Origin: Auanema rhodensis
Lineage: Eukaryota; Animalia; Nematoda
Direction of reading: 5' to 3'
NCBI GenBank assembly: GCA_964057225.1
Contig: OZ059896.1
Span: 13,392,001-13,456,000, forward strand
DNA length: 64,000 nt
A model generated the notes under the pieces. The model ran no database searches. It worked only from the letters and a program-made list of their open reading frames with translations, and was not told the DNA's origin. This document shows, piece after piece, positions 52,090 to 64,000 of the stretch (its first letter is position 1; the number at the start of each line of letters is the position of its first letter). The position numbers and the translations under genes are program-made.

Positions 52090-54519
52090 TTAAGCTGCCT
52101 TTTGGGCAATAGCAGCAATATTTTCTAATTGCTTCAAATTCAAAGCATAACCATCCCAATAATCATTGACAAGGTAAGGCAAGTTATTTTCCTGAAAGTA
52201 TAAGTATACTATTAGGAGAATCTGGAATTGTAAAAACCTTGCAGAATTCTTTTACAAGCTTCATGCACTTAGTAAGATTACATCTTGGCATAGTTGGGAA
52301 CAAATGATGCTCAATCTGAGAATTATAATTATAAAAAAACTTGAAACAAAACGAACTTGATAATTCAATCCTCCCCAAACCCAATCAATCAATGGAGAAG
52401 GTGTCATGTTTCTGGTGGTCAAAATTTGAAGACAAGCAAAGTTGTTCAAGATACGTGAATTGGCTATAATAAAAATAAAAATTAGAATCATATAACAAGA
52501 AATAAAACACCTGGATATTTATCCACAGAGTTATGATTGAAAGTGACCACGTGACCGATAAGAAATCCGGAAAGGAATTGGGAAATGATGAAATAAGCTA
52601 CACGAATCCACATGGTAGGTAAAAGATAAAGCTGAAGGAATACCCAAGACCAGTGAGCAACAAGAGTCGACTAGAATTGAAAAGTAATAATGATCAAAAA
52701 CGAATTACTAATACCTGTTCGAATAAAGCATTCTTTCTGTAAATACTGTATTTGCTGGAATTCTCATTGAAAGCCCAACTAAGAGATTGGGTAGTCCAAG
52801 AAACACGAAGTAAAGGCAAAGACAAGGTGAAGTACAAATGTTGATATGGAATAAACTGAAGAAGGGGTATAAAAATAAAAAGCCTACTTTCTCACCTTAA
52901 GAATGAATTTTTCCACAGGCATTTTGTATTTTGCCAAATCACCAGGAATAAAAGCAAATAGTGGAGCCAAGTCAATGTCTCCATCATGATCGATTACATT
53001 TGTTGCTGCATGATGAGTGTTATGCTAAAATTAAAGAAGGGTTATAGAATTGAATAAATGCAGTAATATATTACTTTATCCTTCCACCAATCCGCAGAAA
53101 AACCTTGACATAAGTTACCAAATATAACAGCGAAAAAGTTATTCAATTTGCGATTCTTGGTAGGTTGGTGATGGCAATATTCATGAGTGAGCCATCCAAA
53201 CTGTTGCCAAGAAACGGCCATGGATAAAGCAGATGTAAGGTACCTTAAAAATAATTTAAATTATTAAGGAAACTATGACTAGGTGTTCTTGGAATATTAC
53301 CATCCCCAATATTGCAAGAAGAATGCAAAAAACATAAATCCTAATGTTGTGATGGATTTGAATACGAAATATAATTCATTAGCCTCAAGAAGTCCATCAT
53401 CCGTTACACGTTTGCGCAATTTTTCAAAATTTGCTACTATCTTTTTCTCCTAAAATATGTATGCAATGAATTATTGTTACTTGGTGTTGATTTTACTTCT
53501 TCAACAGAAATATCATAAGCAGCGACGTTAACATCAGCTTTATCTAATCGTTTTTTCAATTCTGCTTCCAAATCTTCAGATTTATCCCAAGCTTGTTTTT
53601 TCAATCCCTGAAAGGAAATTTGTGAATGCAACAGTTTTGTGAGCCAATTATAGTACATCTAGTTGCTTATATGCCTTCTTAGAGCCCTCATGGAATGCAT
53701 GGAAAATGTCAGTGGCATCAGCATTACTATAAGTAATTAGCACTAAGGAACAAGATAAGACATTTTTTCATACGCATATTGGAGAATTACTGCTCCTCCA
53801 GGATGCTTCAATACCACGTCTTCACTAATATGAAGCCATTTGCCATCGATCTGAATATATATTTAAACAATACAATTATTCTCTATGTCTTTTTATCTGT
53901 CTTCAGAATGACATATAAAAGACAAAAACCGAATTTTGATATAATAATTTTACAATCTACTATCTACTTAATTTTATCATTTTAAAAAATCGCGCCATCT
54001 TTATCAATTGTTAAAAAGACCTTTGAACTACACAATGGATAAAAATATAAGGAAGTACTAGGAGTTTCTGGTCTAGCCGCAAAAGAGCTCCAATCTGGCA
54101 CGTATGCAACGCAACAATACAACATAGCCCCATATTCTTATAATTTTTGAAAGGATATGAACAAAATGAGCTTAAAATTCCCTCTATAGACGAATTTCTT
54201 CATACAAGTCAAATGTTTTAATAAAACTCGCTTTCTCATCGGTCAAGCAAAGGTTTTGATAGAAAAACGGGAAAGAGAAGAGATAAATCAATAATCATTC
54301 GATGATGGCGCGATTTAAAGTAAAGAACAACGAAACAGCAACATATATGCGAAAGCGCAAGCATGAAACTTTAAAAAATTGCGGAAAGGTCAAAAAACTT
54401 GAAAAAAAATGTAAAAGGTGGAAATAAGAGAACAGTTATAAACTTGAACAAGAAAATGCTAGTTAAAGAAATGATACCTTCATACGAAGCCCATCCGTTT
54501 GTTTTCGAACCGTTTCCAT
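52090..54519 (-). CDS. fat-3: Delta-6 fatty acid desaturase (cytochrome b5 fusion)
   Basis: GLRMKIDGKW, HPGG, FHAFHEGS, WQQFGWLTHEYCH, HNTHHAATNVIDHDGDIDLAP, HVVTFNHNSVDKYP, QIEHHLFPTMPRCNL; follows recalled FAT-3 more closely than FAT-4. Confidence 0.95.
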
Positions 54520-55299
54520 GATTTCGGTCCGTCTGTAATAACAAAATTATGAACTAACAGGTTAGCGGGAAAAGGGAAAATCTAATAAGTGCTCAAATGA
54601 CATATATAGACGAATAAAACCGTATAAGAGTTGAAGATAATAAGCAGCTGATACATATCTAATTTAAAAAAAAGAAAAAAAGAAAAAAAAGAAAAACGAA
54701 AAGAAGATATTGAAAGAAATGTGATAATGGATAGGAAGAAAACTAACTAAATAATTGGTATTATATAAGAGATAAGCAGACAGTGAGAGAGAGAGGGGCA
54801 GAATCTAAAGATAAAAGAATTGCTGAGATAAAAAATTATCTGGAGTGGTGCCATCACGTGGAATCTACGCAATATTATACCGTTTAGTTTCTTATTGAAT
54901 TGTGTTATAACACAGCAAGCCAGAAAAATTATCCTCGTTATACGTATTGAAATAGTCTTTTAAAGATTATGACGGAAAAATTATAAGTTAAGTCAAGTTT
55001 ACTACTCGGGTGTAGAAATAGTTTTGGTAAGCAGCGATTAACTTTCAATGAAGTTCGGAATGAAACTTTAAATGTTCAATAATTCATGAAATACTTCCGA
55101 ATCATCCTTTAAACTAAGAAATTGAATTCGATTAAATGAAAGGCTAAAAGGTTTTTATCGAAGTATTCCATCAATCAGTTAAGTGCCACGTTTATAATAT
55201 CGTACTCTTCAAATACACTTACCTATCTTGTCCCATCTCAGCACTAAACTGTCAAATAGTAAACATGAAGTAATAAATCAAAAATTAAACTCACTATTC

Positions 55300-57034
55300 A
55301 AAGAAAGACCTTACGTTTTCCGTTCACGATTCTTTCCTTCAGAATCCCGTGAAGCTGTACTTCAGTAGGTCATTTGAACAAGCTTTTCCTTCTTCTCTAT
55401 CGGTAGATCAACTAGAATCAACGGTATGAATGAGCTACTACGGAAAGAAAGACCTTACGTTTTCCGTTCACGATTCTTTCCGTCAGAATCCCGTGAAGCT
55501 GTACTTCAGTAGGTCATTTGAACAAGCTTTTCCTTCTTCTCTATCGGTAGATCGACTAGAATCAACGGTATGAATGAGCTGCTACGGAAATAAAGACCTT
55601 ACGTTTTCCGTTCACGATTCTTTCCTTCAGAATCCCGTGAAGCTGTACTTCAGTAGGTCATTTGAACAAGCTTTTCCTTCTTCTCTATCGGTAGATCAAC
55701 TAGAATCAACGGTATGAATGAGCTGCTACGGAAAGAAAGACCTTACGTTTTCCGTTCACGATTCTTTCCTTCAGAATCCCGTGAAGCTGTACTTCAGTAG
55801 GTCATTTGAACAAGCTTTTCCTTCTTCTCTATCGGTAGATCAACTAGAATCAACGGTATGAATGAGCTGCTACGGAAAGAAAGACCTTACGTTTTTCGTT
55901 CACGATTCTTTCCTTCAGAATCCCGTGAAGCTGTACTTCAGTAGGTCATTTGAACAAGCTTTTCCTTCTTCTCTATCGGTAGATCAACTAGAATCGACGG
56001 TATGAATGAGATGCTACGGAAATAAAGACCTTACGTTTTCCGTTCACGATTCTTTCCTTCAGAATCCCGTGAAGCTGTACTTCAGTAGATCATTTGAACA
56101 AGCTTTTCCTTCTTCTCTATCGGTAGATCAACTAGAATCAACGGTATGAATGAGCTGCTACGGAAAGAAAGACCTTACGTTTTTCGTTCACGATTCTTTC
56201 CTTCAGAATATCGTGAAGCTGTATTTCAGTAGGTCATTTGAACAAGCTTTTCCTTCTTCTCTATCGGTAGATCAACTAGAATCGACGGTATGAATGAGAT
56301 GCTACGGAAATAAAGACCTTACGTTTTCCGTTCACGATTCTTTCCTTCAGAATCCCGTGAAGCTGTACTTCAGTAGATCATTTGAACAAGCTTTTCCTTC
56401 TTCTCTATCGGTAGATCAACTAGAATCGACGGTATGAATGAGATGTTACGGAAATAAAGACCTTACGTTTTCCGTTCACGATTCTTTCCTTCAGAATCCC
56501 GTGAAGCTGTACTTCAGTAGGTCATTTGAACAAGCTTTTCCTTCTTCTCTATCGGTAGATCAACTAGAATCGACGGTATGAATGAGATGCTACGGAAATA
56601 AAGACCTTACGTTTTCCGTTCACGATTCTTTCCTTCAGAATCCCGTGAAGCTGTACTTCAGTAGGTCATTTGAACAAGCTTTTCCTTCTTCTCTATCGGT
56701 AGATCAACTAGAATCAACGGTATGAATGAGCTGCTACGGAAAGAAAGACCTTACGTTTTCCGTTCACGATTCTTTCCGTCAGAATCCCGTGAAGCTGTAC
56801 TTCAGTAGGTCATTTGAACAAGCTTTTCCTTCTTCTCTATCGGTAGATCGACTAGAATCAACGGTATGAATGAGCTGCTACGGAAATAAAGACCTTACGT
56901 TTTCCGTTCACGATTCTTTCCTTCAGAATCCCGTGAAGCTGTACTTCAGTAGGTCATTTGAACAAGCTTTTCCTTCTTCTCTATCGGTAGATCAACTAGA
57001 ATCAACGGTATGAATGAGCTGCTACGGAAAGAAA
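55300..57034. repeat. Tandem array, 12 x 144 bp, substitutions only
   Basis: gaccttacg recurs at 55307, 55451, 55595 ... 56891 (period 144); AAAGAAA present at both ends. Confidence 0.98.
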
Positions 57035-57377
57035 CTCGTTACCTTTTCAAATTAATTGTTTCCTTATTAGCCAGAAGCAACCGACCACCACTGGTGTAGT
57101 GATTGTCAAATGAAAAATTTTTCACGGACCGGCCACGTAAGTCCACGCACGTGTGGAATTTGAAAAACTAATTTTGAATGAACCGGTCGTACATATACTC
57201 GTGAAATAATGAAAATTTTTGAAAGTTGTCGTGCGAAGTATGTAAAAGAATTTTTTTCTTGATATATCAAATATAGAAACATATATTGTTACATTTATAT
57301 TTTAAATTCTCATTTAACACAGTTCAAGTCATTTGTTTTGGCATATAGTTTACAAGCAATTAATAATTTTAATATTT

Positions 57378-59198
57378 TTATTTCAACAAATAAACATTTT
57401 TAGCTGAATAACTTCGTTGTAATCGATTTGTTGACTTAACATTTCTTCGATCCAATGATCTTCTTCTATAATCAATTTTTTTTTAATTTTGCAACATGGA
57501 TAAGCCTACCTATTTGTTCCAGAGCTAACAAAATGTCTTGGAACTGTATTACTTGGTGGCACCCAGGGCACAGGATTGCAAGATATGTTTGACATAGCAG
57601 ACGGACTTCGAAATTCTAATTGTTTTTCTATTTCCTGAATGTTTTGTTTTAATTAGTTAAGTTGAATTTAAAAAATAACTTTTAGTTCGAGCCATGTTTG
57701 ATATGCTTGCTCTGCTAGAAGTTCTTTCATCTCAAGTTCTGTTTCAATTTTTTTTCGTTCATGAGCTAACTGTTTTTCCAAAACTATTCGACGCATATCT
57801 TCTTCCTCTTCTTTTTGCTTAGCCCTGAAGTTTTCGAAAAAAATTAATATATTCTTTTACATAGATTACCAAGCTTCAAATGCTTGTTGGGCTTCTGTCT
57901 TTTTGATTTTTTCTTCTCTTTTTTTTCGACGTTGTAGTTCTTCCTCTTCTCCTTTCGCTCGAAACTTATCGTTTTCAATAGCTCTTAATCTTTCTGCCTT
58001 CCAAGCTTTAAAAGTCTACAATTTTCACAATTAGGCTTGAAAATATATTTTAAATAGCACTTTTTGAGCATCAAGTTGTTTCTGCTTTTTGGCTTCATCG
58101 TCCTTTTTCTTCTGTTCCATATTTTTTTGTTTTTCTAGTCTAGATTGTTCTGCAATCTGTTGCTCACGTGTTTGTTTCCACAGTTCAAATTGTTTGGCAG
58201 ATATTCTCTTCTTTTCTTCTTTCATCTACAATAATAACACTAATTGAAAAAAACAATAAGTAATTAAACTTTTTTTTCTTTTTCTTCTTTTTCTTTCTCC
58301 AGTTTCTTTCGAGTCTTTTCCTGTTCCAACTTTTTCTGTAACCAAATCTTATGTTGTTCACTTGAGTTCATAACAAGAGAGTTTGACCGATTTCCAAGTA
58401 AATTAATATTTCTAAAAATAATAACTTATAGAAAATAAAATTGTTATATACTTACTTTTTGGTTGTATCTGCTTTTTGTGTTGTTATCTGTTTCTCTTTT
58501 AAATTGTCTTCTTTAACATCATCTTCTTCAATTCGAAAGGTATGATTATCCAGCAGATTTTCCGATGTTGTTGGTCTTGAAGTATCAATCTTTAAAATTT
58601 AGAATACACTTTAGATAATTAAAAAGTTTTTAAACCTTTAGAAAATTCTTCGATTTTCTCATATTATTGTTTGATTCATCGTCATCTATATCTTCTTCTT
58701 CTATTCCAGTTCGTTGTCTATTAACATCCCTGAGGAAACAAAAGGTTTTGCTCTTTGTTATCATAAATGAAACAGATTACCTCAACTTTTTCTCAGAGCT
58801 TGTCTCACGTTTTTCAATTTGATTTCGTTTACGCATTTCTTGTCTAAAATTATTATAAGAACGAGTAATATCTATAATTATCTGTACAATTTAAATAAAA
58901 ATCCATCATCCATTGAATCTCTACTATTTGAAAAAGATTCTCTAATATTCGGGGAATTTGTTATCTCAGTAGGCGTGGGATCTTTGTTTTCTTCTGAACT
59001 TGCTGATTCTCTTCCATGTCGGGTTGGTGGTCGAATTATCGAATTGATGCCATAACTATCTAAAATATGTGTATAATACATTTAATGATGAAATATAATT
59101 GAAAAACCATTTTTGGAATCAATTCCCAATATTTCATCCAGAGTTTGATTTACAGTTAAGCTTCTGTGCCTTCCAACCCTACTTGAAGTATCGTCCAT
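57378..59198 (-). CDS. maph-9: MAP9/ASAP-like charged coiled-coil microtubule protein
   Basis: Repeated F/Y-x-x-W-K/L helices (KQFELWKQ, FKAWKA, QAFEAW, AYQTWLE) in K/E-rich coil; C-terminal PVPWVPPSNTV resembles MAP9 PPWSPPSRTV; X-boxes upstream. Confidence 0.72.
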
Positions 59199-59333
59199 GA
59201 AATTTCTGAGATAAAACAATTTAATAAAGAAAAGGGAAGAAGAGGAAAAAAAACAAAATAATTGAAATAGAAATACATTTTGTTTATAAATTTCATATGA
59301 AATAGATTTATTATGTAAATAGTAAAATGAAGC

Positions 59334-59347
59334 GTTTCCTAGGAAAC
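59334..59347. promoter_or_regulatory. X-box-like palindrome GTTTCCTAGGAAAC
   Basis: RFX-type palindrome ~135 bp upstream of the MAP9-like ATG at 59198. Confidence 0.6.
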
Positions 59348-59842
59348 CTCAATAGAACATTTAACTTTAAAAAGATAAAGATATCATTGCAAATAACTGT
59401 CTAGAATAATAAAGATTAATTGAAGAGTTCTAATTAAACTAAAAAAAAATTATTTTGTTCAAATCTGAAAGTATTTTCGATATTTTCGTTTTTTTTTCCA
59501 GAAAATATTACTAAAATGAATTTTGATTTATCCCAAGATTTAAATATTGGTTGAATGATTTTGAAACTATTTCCGTTCATAACTCATAATTTCCATAATG
59601 TAGTAAAGCACAAAATTAACTAAATTTATTAAAAAACTAATCTATTTCCTGTTCTTTAACAAGAAATATCTATAATTAGAGCAAAATAAAAAAAAAAAAA
59701 AGAAAAGTTAGACAAGAAAATTATCTTTTTTTTCTTTTTTTCAAAATTACAATGCTTGATATACTAATATGTACTAGTTGAAAAGTCTGAAATTGTTGAA
59801 GCCTTGAGGGAAATTTAACCGATAGCTGTATGCACCTGGGTC

Positions 59843-59856
59843 GTTGCCATGTCAAC
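59843..59856. promoter_or_regulatory. Second X-box-like site GTTGCCATGTCAAC
   Basis: One mismatch from GTTGCCATGGCAAC, ~650 bp upstream of the MAP9-like gene. Confidence 0.45.
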
Positions 59857-61133
59857 CATCTTGTCTAACTAGTATTTGTAATTGTTATCCAAGCGAAAGC
59901 GAAAACAAGTATGTTATATCTATATTTATATATATATATATATATAAAAAAACAAAATAAGACTATCACAATGAAATATATTTAATAACTTCATAAAATT
60001 TCATTTCTAATATTTCTAATTATTGAAGATATAAATATCTTCAGTTTTATAAACCAACATCAAATTTAAATTATACAATATAGTTTTAATGAATAAAACT
60101 ACGTCTTTTGTGAGAACCAAAGATTGAAAAACATTTGATAAAGATTTTTTTCTGAATTTCAATTCATATGTTTATATTTTCAGCATATAAATCTGATAAT
60201 ACAGCGATATATTTCTTTCGTTGTTATGGTTTCATTGTGAGATATGAATGAAGATGTTTTGTGGTTTTACCCAAAACCTATACTTCTATTAACTATACTA
60301 TTTGTATATTTATTAAATTGTAATAATTATAACAAGGTGTTTAATAAAATGAAATACAAATTTTATATGAATACTGAGAAAGAAAATATAAACTTTAGAG
60401 AATAAAAGGTGCGCACAACGATCTTATGTATAGAATGGGTTATAGGATTAATATATGAGAAATATTTTTGATATATCTAACTTGTTGTTTGAAATTAATC
60501 CTATGATGGAAGAAATATCACACAGATTTACTCACAATCATTATAAGACATTTTATTTATCATTAAAACATTATATAACAACAACTTTTAAATAATACAT
60601 AATGAACCCAAAAAAAATATTTTTTAGAACTTTGATCAAACTGACAAACTTAGATTTATCCAGTATCGTAATTGGTCAGAAGCGCTTGCACCCTTTCTAA
60701 TAAAATTATATCTTTCTTTACTATCATACTCGATTTATCTTGGAATTGATTGTGAATCACATTCTCTGAAGATGTTCAGCCAAAGTATGGAGAACACAGT
60801 ATGGCCGTCATCCCGTTCTTCATCCTCACCATTCTATTCAAATCCATCATTTTTCTTTTTAGTCATTTACGTCCAAATCATCTTTTCTATTACTTGAGAG
60901 GACAAGTCCTCTATTATGTGTCATCGTTTGTCTCTCTTACATTAGCACACTCTCTACCGTCTCACATACGTGACCGTATCAACTTGTCTTTATAAAGCGC
61001 AGTTTTCATCTCAGCAACTAGATTATCTACAGAACTTTAATATTTTGCTACCATTTTCCTCTAAGTCAAAATCTTTATATTTTAATGTTTTTTTTCTTTT
61101 TTAGTTGAAAGTTCTATAAATTTGTATTATAGA

Positions 61134-62393
61134 ATGTTGCCTGCAAAACACGCAGGAATCCTCTCCTGTGCCTGTTCGGTCATTGCCTTGCTCACATGTC
61201 TTTTCTATTTACCAGCTCTTGTATATAAGATTCAGAACATCAACGATCAAGTAACGGATTTAATATAAAAGTGTCATTTTATATTTTAATTTTTTTTTAG
61301 TTACGTGTTGATTCTGATGAATTCCGTGTTATGGCTGACATAACTTGGTCTGAGTTGGCCAAAGTTCGCGGTTCCGTTGGAAAAACTAAGAGACAAGCTT
61401 ATGGAGATTCACCAAAAAAAACTTATGCTCTTCATAACGCCTATATGAAAGAAGATGCCTTTGTTGAAGGAGCACCAACTTGCAGTACAGCTTTCGGGTT
61501 TTTTAAATTGTCTGTATGTAATGCTTTAAGGTTGTAATGCCAAGAATGCATGTCCACCTGGTCCTCCAGGATCTCCTGGAAAGCCAGGTCAAGACGGAGA
61601 ACCAGGAAAGCCAGGAGCAGCTGGATCACCAGGATTGGCAGGAATAGCACCCCCTGTAACTCTTGATCCTGTAAGATATTCTTTATTATATTTGATCATT
61701 AGTATTAATAATAGAACCAAGGATGTCGTGTTTGTCCACAAGGACCACGTGGTCCTCCAGGAGCTCCAGGAGAACCTGGTCCAATGGGTAATGAAGGACC
61801 AGCCGGAAATGCTGGAAGACCAGGAGAACAAGGACGTGAAGGATATCCCGGACAGCCAGGAATTCCAGGAGAAGCAGGAAAATCAGGACAACTTGGAGAA
61901 CAAGGTCCACCAGGACGTGATGGAATCCGTGGAGAGAAAGGACCACAAGGACCACGTGGAGAAAATGGCCCACCAGGACAAAAGGGACCCGTCGGTTATC
62001 CAGGACGAGATGGAGCAAGAGGAAATGATGGTATCCAAACACAAATTGTTTCCCTCTTAAACACAACTGCTTGATTTTAGGAGAAATGGGACCAGCTGGT
62101 TCCCCAGGTCTCCCAGGAATGTCTGGAGAGCCTGGACAACCAGGACTCATGGGTTCTCCAGGAGCTCCAGGTCCAGATGGTTCATACTGTAAATGCCCCG
62201 AACGTTCCGCTGGAGTTAATAAACCACCAGTACAACAAGAAAAGCCACCGGCATACGAGCCCGAACCCGTAAGAATTTTACAACAATCATCAACATAAAC
62301 TGCAATTTTCAGCAACCTCAAACTTATAATCAAGATGCTGGAGTTCAAGAAGCCCCTAGAAGCCCTTACCGTAAATGGAAGTGGCTCCAATAA
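61134..62393 (+). CDS. Cuticle collagen
   Basis: TM N-terminus, KTKRQAYG cleavage-like site, Gly-X-Y blocks, DGSYCKCPER, tail ending SPYRKWKWLQ; TATA ~60991. Confidence 0.95.
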
Positions 62394-62645
62394 ACTTACC
62401 TTGAAGATTGAAAATGCCAATAAAGCACGAAACAATATATGTTTATTCCAACAATCACATATGCATATCACATAGTATTAAAATCAAATATAGTCCCTCA
62501 AGTGTACGAAAACGGTTAGGAAACTCATTAGTGTTAAAGATAATAATATGATTCTAAAGAGAAACCTTGCATAAATACTTATAATCAAATAAATAAATAA
62601 AGTTATGCTATAATAAAGCATAATGTTCAATTTTCACATATTGAA

Positions 62646-63493
<848 letters not shown>

Positions 63494-63630
63494 CTAAATT
63501 AAAGTATTAATAATATAACGTAAAACAACAACAGGTATGAATAGAGTAAACCAAACAAAGAGAAACATTATACAAATTCTTTCGCTTTAAAAATGAAAGA
63601 CATTTTAAAAATCAACAATACAAGAAAACT

Positions 63631-64000
63631 TTAAGTAGATTTAAAACATTCCGGGCTCCGTATTTCATTCAGCTTCTAAAATAGAAACAAATAACCTCAA
63701 AACTATTACTCAACCTTACGTTCATTTTCTGATTCATCAGAGTTTTCTCTTTCCAGAAGAGTTTCGACTTCTTCAATATCGACAATAATTCTCGTTTCCT
63801 TTTCCATCATTAATAAACTGAAATAGAAGTTATACCCTACAAACTATTAGTATAAAAAATCTTACTGAAGTTGTTCTAACACAGGATTATTGTTACGTTG
63901 TTCAATTCTATCAATCATCAAATACTTAGACCAACAACATTGTTCCAAAGCTTTTACAAAAACCTAAATCAAAATCATAGTCAATATATCATACATTTAA
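63631..64000 (-). CDS. 3' exons of an unidentified gene continuing beyond the window
   Basis: Spliced frame VFVKALEQCCWSKYLMIDRIEQRNNNPVLEQLHLLMMEKETRIIVDIEEVETLLERENSDESENERKKLNEIRSPECFKST* with canonical short introns; ends ~140 bp upstream of TVP23. Confidence 0.65.

Noticed and set aside
55300-55380. Minus-strand frame LHGILKERIVNGKRKVFL resembling a chromodomain start
   Set aside because: Short, bounded by stops and lacking the following YLVKW motif; probably chance.
55300-57034. CRISPR array
   Set aside because: Units are identical along their whole length with no unique spacers; eukaryotic context; no cas genes.
55300-57034. Minus-strand exon/intron repeat (GTAAGG...TTCTAG, a 47-nt intron-like segment in each unit)
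   Set aside because: The implied 97-nt exon is not a multiple of three and has stops in all frames, so it is not a coding exon array; a spliced non-coding RNA is not excluded.

Overview
AT-rich (roughly 30% GC by eye), gene-dense eukaryotic window with many ~45-55 nt introns, trans-splice-like acceptors and operon-like spacing. The gene content is that of a rhabditine (clade V-like) nematode; many genes match C. elegans chromosome IV genes as I recall them. Gene order: ELAPOR-like (partial), ENPP, METTL13, a catalytically degenerate INPP5A-like protein, two tac-1/TACC paralogs flanking psr-1/JMJD6, an orphan receptor tyrosine kinase, lex-1, repo-1, rbm-34, ark-1, a KIND-FERM-PDZ protein, sir-2.1, two cuticle collagens, a VAX homeobox gene, a ttr gene, fat-3, a MAP9-like gene, a third collagen, TVP23 and a partial unknown gene. 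Three things are not explained by this gene list. (i) A ~1.26 kb composite mobile remnant at 50355-51613: degenerate inverted repeats enclose a Ty3/gypsy RT fragment, an unassigned broken ORF and a Maverick/Polinton-type protein-primed DNA polymerase B fragment. (ii) A 12 x 144-bp tandem array at 55300-57034 in which each unit is exactly one ATG-to-TGA 47-codon ORF joined stop-to-start. (iii) An X-box beside an alternative first exon of the pseudo-phosphatase. All identifications come from manual translation and recalled family motifs; no searches were run, and CDS coordinates are gene spans including introns.
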